Shown: piece after piece, positions 8,292 through 16,936 of the stretch | How the letters are laid out: each line of letters opens with the position of its first letter | Numbering within the stretch: position 1 is the first letter of the stretch | Source of the DNA: a virus | Virus record (IMG/VR): IMGVR_UViG_3300042888_000931 | Span: 1 to 64,000 of that record | Strand: one strand, 5' to 3' | Length of the DNA: 64,000 bases | Notes under the pieces: generated by a model | Told to the model about the DNA's origin: nothing | Database searches by the model: none | Seen by the model: the letters and a program-made list of their open reading frames with translations, nothing else | Position numbers and translations under genes: made by a program

Positions 8292-9779
8292 ATGGCAACA
8301 GTAAATAAAGATTTTAAAATTAAGAGTGGACTTATCGTTGAGGGCCTACAAGGTACAATCAACAATAAGAGAATTCTTACAGAGGATGCAGGAGATCAAT
8401 ACATCCTGGACCTTATTGGTGGAGAAACACTAGTAAAGTCAGTTTCAAATGAATTTGATGTTTCAGCAGGTGGAGAACTTTCACTTGACCGTGTAGTAGT
8501 AGATGCTTATTACGATGCAGCAGGCGATGCAGCAGCAGCACAGGCTGCAGCAGAAGCAACTGCTTCAGCAGATGCAACATCTAAGGCTAACGCTGCACAG
8601 GCTGCAGCAGAGGCTACAGCATCAGCAGATGCAACATCTAAGGCTAACGCAGCCCAAGCAGCAGCAGAGGCTACAGCATCAGCAGATGCAACATCTAAGG
8701 CTAACGCAGCCCAAGCAGCAGCAGAGGCTACAGCATCAGCAGATGCAACTTCAAAGGCTAACGCTGCACAGGCTGCAGCAGAAGCAACTGCTTCAGCAGA
8801 CGCTACTTCAAAGGCTAATGCAGCAGAAGCAGCAGCAAACCTTTACACAGATGGAGCAGTTTCAGCACTTGTTGATTCAGCACCAGAACTTCTAAATACA
8901 CTTAATGAATTGGCAGAAGCACTTGGTGATTCACCAGATACAATTACAAACCTTACAACATTAGTTGGAACAAAGGCTGACACATCATATGTTGACTCAG
9001 AAATTTCTGATCTTGACACAGCAGCACAGGGTTATGCATCAGCAGCACAGGCTGCAGCAGAGGCTACAGCATCAGCAGATGCAACTTCAAAGGCTAACGC
9101 TGCACAGGCTGCAGCAGAAGCAACTGCTTCAGCAGATGCAACTTCAAAGGCTAATGCAGCAGAAGCAGCAGCAATCGCACACGCAGATGCTCTTACAACA
9201 TCTGATGTAGCAGAAGGAACAGCACAGTACTTCACAGATGCTCGTGCTAAGTCTTCAGCAGCAAGTCTTTTGACTGGTGCAACACTTACAAACATTACAA
9301 TCACAGGAACAGGTGCAGGACTTACTATTACTGCAGAAAACGGTGTAGCAGACTCTACAACATCTGATCTTGCAGAAGGTTCACGACTATACTTCACAGA
9401 CGAAAGAGCAGTAGACGCTCTTGAAGCAGTAGTTCCAAACTTCACAGCAGTTGAGGTAAACTCAGTTGCTAAGCAGGTTGCTTCAACAATGTCAGCAGCA
9501 TCTGCAGGTGCTCATGTAGGACACGCATTTGCTAAAGCAGATTACCGTTCAGCAGAGTTCCTTGTAAAGGTTGCTTACGGATCACATACTGAAATCTCAA
9601 AGGTCCTTTTGACACTTGACGCTTCAGACAACATTGCAATGACCGAATACGGAATTGTTGGAACAAATGGCACAGCGATGTCAGTTTCAGCAAATGTTGA
9701 CGGTGCAAATGTACAACTTCTAGTAACAACCACAAACAATAACTCAACAGTTACTGTTGTCGGAACACTACTTGCGTAA
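8292..9779 (+). CDS. Tail fibre protein with Ala-rich 19-aa coiled-coil repeats
   Basis: AAGGAG RBS; 7 copies of AAQAAAEATASADATSKAN; APELLNTLNELAEALGD fibre motif; TSDxAEG..YFTD repeats. Confidence 0.8.
   Translation: MATVNKDFKIKSGLIVEGLQGTINNKRILTEDAGDQYILDLIGGETLVKSVSNEFDVSAGGELSLDRVVVDAYYDAAGDAAAAQAAAEATASADATSKANAAQAAAEATASADATSKANAAQAAAEATASADATSKANAAQAAAEATASADATSKANAAQAAAEATASADATSKANAAEAAANLYTDGAVSALVDSAPELLNTLNELAEALGDSPDTITNLTTLVGTKADTSYVDSEISDLDTAAQGYASAAQAAAEATASADATSKANAAQAAAEATASADATSKANAAEAAAIAHADALTTSDVAEGTAQYFTDARAKSSAASLLTGATLTNITITGTGAGLTITAENGVADSTTSDLAEGSRLYFTDERAVDALEAVVPNFTAVEVNSVAKQVASTMSAASAGAHVGHAFAKADYRSAEFLVKVAYGSHTEISKVLLTLDASDNIAMTEYGIVGTNGTAMSVSANVDGANVQLLVTTTNNNSTVTVVGTLLA
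8533..9170 (+). repeat. 57-bp coding tandem repeats (5 + 2 copies)
   Basis: GCTGCACAGGCTGCAGCAGAGGCTACAGCATCAGCAGATGCAACATCTAAGGCTAAC-type units. Confidence 0.9.
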
Positions 9780-9814
9780 TAAAAAATAAAAATAGTTGGA
9801 AGAGGGAGCAGTAA

Positions 9815-10264
9815 ATGGCAACAGTCGATAAAGACTTCAAGGTCAAGAATGGATTAGTCGTAGCAAACGGCGGTACATTCGGAGATGCAGTAACAGTAGG
9901 AGCCCCAACTCTTAATGTCCATGCAGCAACTAAGGAGTATGTCGATAACCGATCAATGGCTGTTGGCTCAACTGCTCCTTCTTCACCAACTAATGGAACC
10001 CAGTGGTTAGACACTGGAACAAACCGAATTAATTTCTATTACAATGGAGTTTGGTATACCCAAGCAACTATTGATGATACAAATAATTTACCACAGCACA
10101 TTCACGATACCGCAATTGATGGAACTGGCTTCATAGTATCCCAGTTCTATGAAGGTGGATCATTCAACAGCCCATTGGGTGTAGGTTTGGATGCAGGTGG
10201 ACCAGACTCAACAGTTTGGACAGTTGTATTCGATGGCGGTAGTGTAGTAGATAACTTCAATTAA
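9815..10264 (+). CDS. Small fibre-associated virion protein
   Basis: N-terminus MATVDKDFKVKNGL is nearly the same as that of 8292; HAATKEYVD and APSSPTNGTQWLDT are phage fibre motifs. Confidence 0.65.
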   Translation: MATVDKDFKVKNGLVVANGGTFGDAVTVGAPTLNVHAATKEYVDNRSMAVGSTAPSSPTNGTQWLDTGTNRINFYYNGVWYTQATIDDTNNLPQHIHDTAIDGTGFIVSQFYEGGSFNSPLGVGLDAGGPDSTVWTVVFDGGSVVDNFN

Positions 10265-10322
10265 AAAATTGATGTTATAATAAGATAAGTTAATGGGCAG
10301 CCCCCATAAGGAGAATATACAA

Positions 10323-11804
10323 ATGGCAACAAGAATGCAACAGCGCAGAGGTACTGCAGCACAATGGACGGCTGCAAACCCAATTCTAGCAGCAGGTGAA
10401 ATCGGTTTTGAAACAGATACAAGTAAGTTTAAGATGGGTAACGGCTCTTCAACATGGTCTGCCCTAACATATTTTGCTAATGCAACAGAATTAGCAGCAA
10501 TCGTTGATGGAGCACCAGCAGCCCTGAACACTCTCAATGAGTTAGCAGAAGCACTAGGAGACAATCCAGCATTTTTAACAGATATTTCAAACAATCTATC
10601 AAGCCATGCTAACGATACAACACTAATCCATGGTATTGCTGACACAGCACTTCTTGCAACTACAGCAAATGTAGAAGCAGCAAATCAGGCTGCCTCTGGA
10701 GCACTCTCAGAACACGCTGCAGATACTACATCAATCCATGGTATTGCAGACACATCACTTCTTGCAACAACTGCAGATATCACAACACACAATTCAGACA
10801 CAACAGGCGTACATGGTATTGCAGATACATCACTTCTAGCAACTACAGCAAATGTACAAGCAGCAGCAGATAGCGCATCAGCAGCACTTGGAGTACACGC
10901 TTCAGACACAACAGATGTTCATGGAATCGCTGATACTTCACTTCTTGCAACAACAGCAGATATTTCAACACACAACTCAGCAACAGAAAATGTTCACGGA
11001 ATTCTAGATACAGCAGAACTAGTGACACAGTCAGACCTAGTAACCGCACTAGGAAATGCTGCAGTAGATCAGTCAACTCTTGCAGGAGTAGGTATTGACT
11101 GGAACGGAACTTCAGAAGCATTTGACATTGATTCAACTGTAGCAACAAAGACTTACGCAGACGATGCAGTGACAACACACAACTCTGACACAACAAATGT
11201 TCACGGAATTGCAGACACATCACTTCTTGCGACAACTGCAGATGTGGCAGCAGTTACAAAAACCACTCTAGGTCTTGGAAATGTTGACAATACATCAGAT
11301 GCTGACAAGCCAGTTTCAACAGCAACTGTAACAGCAATCGCAACAGCAAAGTCTGAAGCAATTGCAGAAGTAACAGCAGTTATTGATGGTGCACCAAACG
11401 CACTTAACACCCTTAACGAACTTGCTGCAGCACTTGGCGATGATGCTAACTTTGCTTCAACAATTACAACATCACTTGCAGCAAAGGTAGATTCATACAC
11501 ACCAATTACACAAAAGACAGCATCTTATACTCTATCAACGCTAGATCACAGAGATGATTTAATTGAAATGGGTTCAGCATCAGCACTTACATTAACAATT
11601 CCGCTAAATTCATCAATTGCTTACCCAGTAGGAACATCTTTAGATATTCTTCAAACTGGTGCAGGTCAAGTAACGATTGCTGGAGCAGCAGGAGTTACCG
11701 TAAATGCAACACCAGGTCTTAAGTTGAGAACTCAGTGGTCATCTGCAACTCTTTTCAAGAGAGCAGAAAACACATGGGTTGTCTACGGCGATCTAACAGC
11801 GTAA
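10323..11804 (+). CDS. Tail fibre protein with Mtd-N-type anchor domain and His-containing repeats
   Basis: AAGGAG RBS; QRRGTAAQW...GEIGFETDT.KFKMGNG N-terminus; six HxxxTxxxHGIxDT repeats; LGLGNVDNTSDADKPVS motif. Confidence 0.8.
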   Translation: MATRMQQRRGTAAQWTAANPILAAGEIGFETDTSKFKMGNGSSTWSALTYFANATELAAIVDGAPAALNTLNELAEALGDNPAFLTDISNNLSSHANDTTLIHGIADTALLATTANVEAANQAASGALSEHAADTTSIHGIADTSLLATTADITTHNSDTTGVHGIADTSLLATTANVQAAADSASAALGVHASDTTDVHGIADTSLLATTADISTHNSATENVHGILDTAELVTQSDLVTALGNAAVDQSTLAGVGIDWNGTSEAFDIDSTVATKTYADDAVTTHNSDTTNVHGIADTSLLATTADVAAVTKTTLGLGNVDNTSDADKPVSTATVTAIATAKSEAIAEVTAVIDGAPNALNTLNELAAALGDDANFASTITTSLAAKVDSYTPITQKTASYTLSTLDHRDDLIEMGSASALTLTIPLNSSIAYPVGTSLDILQTGAGQVTIAGAAGVTVNATPGLKLRTQWSSATLFKRAENTWVVYGDLTA

Positions 11805-11836
11805 TACAAAATTCAATAAGAAATTAGGAGATACAA

Positions 11837-12808
11837 ATGGCAGCAGGTAAGAAGATAGGTAAGAAGTCCCAAGCGTCAAATGACTTTTTGGAGCCATTAA
11901 AGCCAGTTATTGGTACTGCAACAAACGTAGGAACTAACAGACCATTTAACAATGGAGCAGCAGTTGTTACATTTTCTTTACCCGCACTTTCCCCTGCTGC
12001 CACATCTTTCACAGTAACAGCAAGCACTGGACAGACAGGAACTGGAGCATCTTCTCCAATCACTGTAGAAGGCATTGCATCAACAGCAACACCAACATTT
12101 ACAGTAAGAGCAACTAATGCAGCAGGAACATCTGCTGCTTCTGATGCATCTAATTCTGTAACAATTACAACAGTTCCAGCAACACCATCTGCACCAACTG
12201 CAACAGCGGGAGTAGATCAAGATACAGTTTCTTGGACAGCACCAGCAAACGGAGGAAGTGCAATCACTTCTTATGTTTGGGCAGCATCAGATGGCAAAAC
12301 TAATTCAACAGCATCAACATCTGTCGCTGTAGGACAAGAAGCAAACACTGCACAGACATACACTGTTCGTGCAATAAATGCTAACGGAACATCTGCAACA
12401 TCTCCAGCATCCAATAACGTAACCACAATTGCTCCATTCTTTCCCCCATTCTTCCCCCCATTCTTCCCATTCTTCCCTCCATTTTTCCCACCATTCTTCC
12501 CGTTCTTCCCACCATTTTTCCCACCATTCTTCCCATTCTTCCCACCGTTCTTCCCATTCTTCCCTTACTTCCCATTCTTCCCACCGTTCTTCCCATTCTT
12601 CCCGTTCTTCCCACCGTTCTTCCCACCTTACTTCCCATTCTTTCCACCGTTCTTCCCATTCTTCCCTTACTTCCCATTCTTCCCACCGTTCTTCCCGTTC
12701 TTCCCGTTCTTCCCACCGTTCTTCCCACCAACATTCTCATCAAGTTCAGGACCAAAGTGTACAGCCAACTATTGCTGGCAGTGCCCATGTCAACCATGCG
12801 CTTGTTAA
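11837..12808 (+). CDS. FN3-domain virion protein with about 100-aa Pro/Phe repeat and 6-Cys tail
   Basis: Two FN3-like units (TFTVRATNAAGTS; VSWTAPANGGSAITSY...YTVRAINANGTS), then (PFFP/PPFF/PYFP)n, ending CTANYCWQCPCQPCAC. Confidence 0.8.
   Translation: MAAGKKIGKKSQASNDFLEPLKPVIGTATNVGTNRPFNNGAAVVTFSLPALSPAATSFTVTASTGQTGTGASSPITVEGIASTATPTFTVRATNAAGTSAASDASNSVTITTVPATPSAPTATAGVDQDTVSWTAPANGGSAITSYVWAASDGKTNSTASTSVAVGQEANTAQTYTVRAINANGTSATSPASNNVTTIAPFFPPFFPPFFPFFPPFFPPFFPFFPPFFPPFFPFFPPFFPFFPYFPFFPPFFPFFPFFPPFFPPYFPFFPPFFPFFPYFPFFPPFFPFFPFFPPFFPPTFSSSSGPKCTANYCWQCPCQPCAC
12433..12735 (+). repeat. Pyrimidine-rich 9/12-bp coding repeat (CCATTCTTC / CCACCGTTCTTC)
   Basis: Directly visible; a shorter copy of the same repeat lies at about 2699-2768. 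Confidence 0.95.
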
Positions 12809-12816
12809 AGATAGGG

Positions 12817-12841
12817 GGCACATACAAAACTAGTATGTGCC
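12817..12841 (+). other. 9-bp inverted repeat after the FN3/PF gene (hairpin or operator)
   Basis: GGCACATAC-AAAACTA-GTATGTGCC with no U-tract, directly upstream of promoter TGCTATACT at 12856-12864. Confidence 0.55.
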
Positions 12842-12887
12842 AACTGTCAAAGATATGCTATACTACTAATACAAAAGGAGAATATAC

Positions 12888-13316
12888 ATGTACGCAATAC
12901 TTGTAAAAGATAACAATAACATCTACGATGTGCTTGGTGTGCTTAAGACTGATGAAGAAATAAGAACTAAACTTGACTCAGAGTGGGATAAGAACTTGCC
13001 TATAATCGGTATGGATGTAAATGCTCACAAAGCAACAGCAACTAGAGGTGCAACATGGAATGGCACATCTTTTGACGGAACTGCAAACGAAGGATTTTTT
13101 GCATTATCACAAGAAGAAAAAGATGCCTATAAGCAATATGCATTTTTATGTGACAACAAGATAATCTACAGACTTGCTCTAGACGCTGCTGATGAAAAGA
13201 CAGCAATGTACGATGCAGCATTTTCTAGCGAAGTAATATTGGTAAAGTGTACCTTTGTTACTGCTGGAGTAAAAGTTGTATACGACGAAGCAACCAGAGA
13301 ATTCACAGCCGCTTAA
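12888..13316 (+). CDS. Hypothetical protein (possible fibre chaperone/partner)
   Basis: AAGGAG RBS, own -10 promoter, GATWNGTSF motif. Confidence 0.6.
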   Translation: MYAILVKDNNNIYDVLGVLKTDEEIRTKLDSEWDKNLPIIGMDVNAHKATATRGATWNGTSFDGTANEGFFALSQEEKDAYKQYAFLCDNKIIYRLALDAADEKTAMYDAAFSSEVILVKCTFVTAGVKVVYDEATREFTAA

Positions 13317-13375
13317 TCTATACTGTTTTTAGTTTTTGTGATATACTATAGTCATAGCCCAAACAAAGGAACTAA

Positions 13376-14089
13376 ATGACAACTTATGATGAAAATGAAA
13401 CCCCTTGGTTTACCAAGGATAGATCAGAAACAGCCTTAAATAGATATCCATCAAAAACTATTGGAAACAATATTTTAGTTGAAAACCCAGCATTAGGAAT
13501 TAACCTATACAGAAATGTGTTTTCAAAAGAAGATTCTGAAAGATACATAAAAATATTAGAGTCTAATCTAGGTGGCAATGGAAAATACAAATGGTCAGAA
13601 GCAAAAGTAACTAACTCAGATGTGCCAATTAAAAAGGCTAGAGATGCTGTAGACTTTAGATTTAAGCAAGAAAATTTAGGTCCAAGAGACGAAGATAACT
13701 CTGAACTAATTGACCTACACGAAGAGATCTATCAAAAGTTAAAGTTCTGTGTTGACGATTATGCACGGTACTGGGGAATCAACGTAGTATATTATGAAGC
13801 ATTTAACTTTGTAAAGTATGAAGGAGAAGGAACCCACTTCAACATTCATGCCGATCACGGTCCAATGTATAATTGCACGGTCTCTGCTGTTATTTATATA
13901 AATGAAGACTACGAAGGTGGAGAGATTAGATTTCCAAGAATGGACAATTATACTCATAGTCCAAAAATAGGAGACATTGTTCTTTGCCCATCAAACTATA
14001 TTTATGAGCATGCTTCATTGCCTATGAAAGAGGGAACAAAGTATTGTGTTGTCGTAATGACAGACATTAATGAACTAGGACACAAGTAG
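13376..14089 (+). CDS. Prolyl 4-hydroxylase-like 2OG-Fe(II) oxygenase 1
   Basis: HAD...YINEDYEGGEI.F...HAS...GTKY. Confidence 0.85.
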   Translation: MTTYDENETPWFTKDRSETALNRYPSKTIGNNILVENPALGINLYRNVFSKEDSERYIKILESNLGGNGKYKWSEAKVTNSDVPIKKARDAVDFRFKQENLGPRDEDNSELIDLHEEIYQKLKFCVDDYARYWGINVVYYEAFNFVKYEGEGTHFNIHADHGPMYNCTVSAVIYINEDYEGGEIRFPRMDNYTHSPKIGDIVLCPSNYIYEHASLPMKEGTKYCVVVMTDINELGHK

Positions 14090-14856
14090 TGTCTTTAGTC
14101 GCTAAGTTCAGATCCTTTAGACCCTGGCTAGATAAAGAGAATATCTCTACACCAGTACCAACACAAAAAGAAATGCCAGATTGGTATAAAAACGCAGACA
14201 GATTTGCTAAAATGCCAAACGGAGAATACTATAAAGCACCAAAAGAAGTTTGTCCATTTCCCAAAGAAGGAACAACAGACGACTATGGAAAGATACCTAC
14301 ATGGAAGGCGTGTCCTGCAATTATGGATGCGTTTGCAACTGGTTATGTGTTTAAAACTCCTTGCGACCTAACATTTGCTAAAAATTCTCAGGGGATAATT
14401 AATGTTACAATTGATGATCCTAAATATAGAGACTTCTGTACACAAAGACCACCAATGCCACAGTTTGAACATCCAAAAGGATATTACCAGTACCACTTTG
14501 CCTGGAGTTCTCCATGGGGGCTAGAATTACCAGAAGGATATAGTGCATTATTTATGACTCCAATGAATAGGTTTGATCTGCCATTTTTAAATACTACTGG
14601 AGTTGTTGATTCTGACAAGGTACACCTTCTTGGAAGTTTTCCATTTTTTATAGCAGAGGGCTGGGAAGGAACGCTTCCTGCTGGAACCCCATACTTGCAA
14701 GTTCTTCCATTTAAAAGAGAAAACTGGGAACATGAGATAGAGATTTTAGGTCAGTCTGATATATATGGTAAAATGGTAGATAACGCAAAATTCTATCGGC
14801 AACCTGATGGAGGAGTGTACATTAAAAAAGTTTGGTCCCGTAGAGAATATAAATAG
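14089..14856 (+). CDS. Conserved phage protein, DUF6065-related
   Basis: PDWYK, TWKACPAIMD...GY, PEGYSALF..PMNR, GVVDSD, PAGTPYLQVLPFKRE. Confidence 0.6.
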   Translation: MSLVAKFRSFRPWLDKENISTPVPTQKEMPDWYKNADRFAKMPNGEYYKAPKEVCPFPKEGTTDDYGKIPTWKACPAIMDAFATGYVFKTPCDLTFAKNSQGIINVTIDDPKYRDFCTQRPPMPQFEHPKGYYQYHFAWSSPWGLELPEGYSALFMTPMNRFDLPFLNTTGVVDSDKVHLLGSFPFFIAEGWEGTLPAGTPYLQVLPFKRENWEHEIEILGQSDIYGKMVDNAKFYRQPDGGVYIKKVWSRREYK

Positions 14857-14865
14857 GAGAATAAA

Positions 14866-15549
14866 ATGCAAACATGGACAGAAAAAGAAGACCTTGGCAA
14901 TGGAATCATCTGCTATAGAAATGTAATCAAAAAAGAGTTTGACGTAATAAACAGACTTGAGTCCAACTTGGGATTAGTTGCTGACTACGGAGTGTTGTCT
15001 GCAGATGGCAAAAGATATCACTGGATGCCAGCCTATGTTGGATACCAGCAACTTATGCCAGACTATAGAGACTGCGTTGATTTTAAGTTTAAAAAAACAG
15101 ACATAGAATTAGACAAAAGCGAAGAGTCCTTAAATCTACAGGCATTGTGGCAAGACATTTATGATGCACAACATGCAGCAGTAGAAGATTATAGAAAAGA
15201 CTACAACATTATGCCACTTAAATACTGGGAGGCTTTTAACTTTATCAAGTATGGTCCAGGTCAGCACTTTATGGAGCACCATGACCACGGATATTCTTAC
15301 AACTGCACACTATCTTTAGTTGCATACGTAAATGACGACTATGATGGCGGAGAGTTATTCTTTAGACTGCAAGGACTAAACATTAAGCCACAGGCTGGAG
15401 ATTTGTACATCTTCCCATCTAATTTTATGTATCCTCATCAGGCTATGCCAGTTCACTCTGGAACAAAGTATTCTATTGTAACAATGTTAGACTATAGCAA
15501 GAAGTATCATACACCAGATATGTATGATCCAAAGTGGGACAATGAGTAA
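14866..15549 (+). CDS. P4H-like 2OG-Fe(II) oxygenase 2 (close paralog of 13376)
   Basis: EAFNFIKY, HHDHG, YVNDDYDGGEL, FPSNFMYPHQA, GTKY. Confidence 0.85.
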   Translation: MQTWTEKEDLGNGIICYRNVIKKEFDVINRLESNLGLVADYGVLSADGKRYHWMPAYVGYQQLMPDYRDCVDFKFKKTDIELDKSEESLNLQALWQDIYDAQHAAVEDYRKDYNIMPLKYWEAFNFIKYGPGQHFMEHHDHGYSYNCTLSLVAYVNDDYDGGELFFRLQGLNIKPQAGDLYIFPSNFMYPHQAMPVHSGTKYSIVTMLDYSKKYHTPDMYDPKWDNE

Positions 15550-16265
15550 TGCTAAATATATCAGTAGAAAGGATGCAAGGTAGTAATTTTAATATTAGTC
15601 CAATGTCTATTAAAAGAGATTGGATGGACCTTACATCTGAACACCATGCATATAGATGTTTTCCAGTAACACAGGCAAACGTTATTGGATGGAATCTTAC
15701 TTGCACAGAAGATATTGAGTTTGAGTGGGATGGTATAAATGATCAAACAGATCAGCATGTAACAATATTTAATCCACAAGGTTCTTATGCTGGTAGAGGT
15801 CAGTCTTCTATAAGTTTAAATACTAGTTTAGTTTTTAGAACAGATCCAGAAATTAGCATCTGGACAATTAATCCAGTAAACTATTTTAGCGAAGACTTTG
15901 AGACAATGTCTAACCTGGTTAGCACATCTTTTTATCCCAATCCACTACCACTTGCCATTAGAGCACGAAAAGCAAATCAAAGAGTAGTCATAAAAGCAGG
16001 TACTCCAATAGCAACGATTATTCCTATATCTCTAACAAACTTAAATAACACTACTATAGAGGTTGTTGAATATAGAGATGACGACAGGTCAAAGGAAAAC
16101 GCAAACAGATCCTACGGTGAAGCAGCACAAGAAGTAAACAAGTCTGGACAATGGACAGATTGGTATAGAGATGCTATTAACGAAAAGGGAGAAAGTTTAG
16201 GTTCTCACGAAGTAAAAGCATTAAAACTTTCAGTTAAAGATAACACGAATGGTGATACAATATGA
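15549..16265 (+). CDS. DUF6065-family protein
   Basis: RDWMD...HAYRCFPVTQANVIGW and KAGTPIATIIP motifs. Confidence 0.7.
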   Translation: MLNISVERMQGSNFNISPMSIKRDWMDLTSEHHAYRCFPVTQANVIGWNLTCTEDIEFEWDGINDQTDQHVTIFNPQGSYAGRGQSSISLNTSLVFRTDPEISIWTINPVNYFSEDFETMSNLVSTSFYPNPLPLAIRARKANQRVVIKAGTPIATIIPISLTNLNNTTIEVVEYRDDDRSKENANRSYGEAAQEVNKSGQWTDWYRDAINEKGESLGSHEVKALKLSVKDNTNGDTI

Positions 16266-16936
16266 ACATGGATGAATACAAAGTAGTACAAAGAAAGCCA
16301 TCAATGACGCCATCAGGCTGGTTTGGTAACAGCAAGGATATGATTGTTGAATTAGAAAATTTTATGACACAACAAGAAATAGAGTTTCTAGAAAAGGCTG
16401 CAAAGTCATTAACAATTTGGGATGTTACTGAAAGCCATGTTAATGAAAATGGAACTGTCGTATATGAAGCAAGTTATTGGAAAGACAGGGTTGCTACTAG
16501 TCCTACTCTAGATAAGAATGATCCATCGATTGCTCCAATTATTGCAGGTCTGTTTGAAAGACTAAAGCCAATAGTTGAAGAGTTCTACAAGGTAAAGGTT
16601 ATTCCTACTGGAACAACCATTGTTAGATGGCTTCCTGGTCAGTTCCAGAAGCCTCATGCAGACAAAGAACTGCATGAAGGTCCAGATGCTGGAACTCCAA
16701 ATGATTTTCCAAACTACGACCTTTCTAGTTTGTTCTATTTGAATGATGATTATGAGGGTGGAGAGTTATACTTCCCATTACAAGATGTTAAGTTTAAACC
16801 TAAAAAAGGTGCTGCTTACTTTTTTCCAGGGGATATGAATTATATTCACGGAGTAACAGAGATTAAGAGTGGTATCAGATACACCTGCCCATTCTTCTGG
16901 GAAATTACAGAGCATACGGGAGATAGAAAGCCATGA
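16262..16936 (+). CDS. P4H-like 2OG-Fe(II) oxygenase 3
   Basis: HAD, YLNDDYEGGELYF, HGV, RYT. A leaderless start at 16268 is possible. Confidence 0.85.
   Translation: MNMDEYKVVQRKPSMTPSGWFGNSKDMIVELENFMTQQEIEFLEKAAKSLTIWDVTESHVNENGTVVYEASYWKDRVATSPTLDKNDPSIAPIIAGLFERLKPIVEEFYKVKVIPTGTTIVRWLPGQFQKPHADKELHEGPDAGTPNDFPNYDLSSLFYLNDDYEGGELYFPLQDVKFKPKKGAAYFFPGDMNYIHGVTEIKSGIRYTCPFFWEITEHTGDRKP

Noticed and set aside
8503-9210. Gln-rich ORFs and the 57-bp repeat array as a possible CRISPR array
   Set aside because: The repeats are contiguous with no unique spacers and encode the in-frame Ala-rich coiled coil; the Gln-rich ORFs are frame shadows.
10323-11804. Mtd-like N-terminus suggesting a diversity-generating retroelement
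   Set aside because: No reverse transcriptase and no TR/VR pair differing at adenines was seen; only the anchor domain is shared.
12381-12833. His/Ser-rich ORF 12429..12833 (+) and Gly/Arg/Met-rich ORF 12381..12827 (-)
   Set aside because: Alternative-frame shadows of the Pro/Phe repeat; no RBS, and the PF frame is continuous with the FN3 domains.
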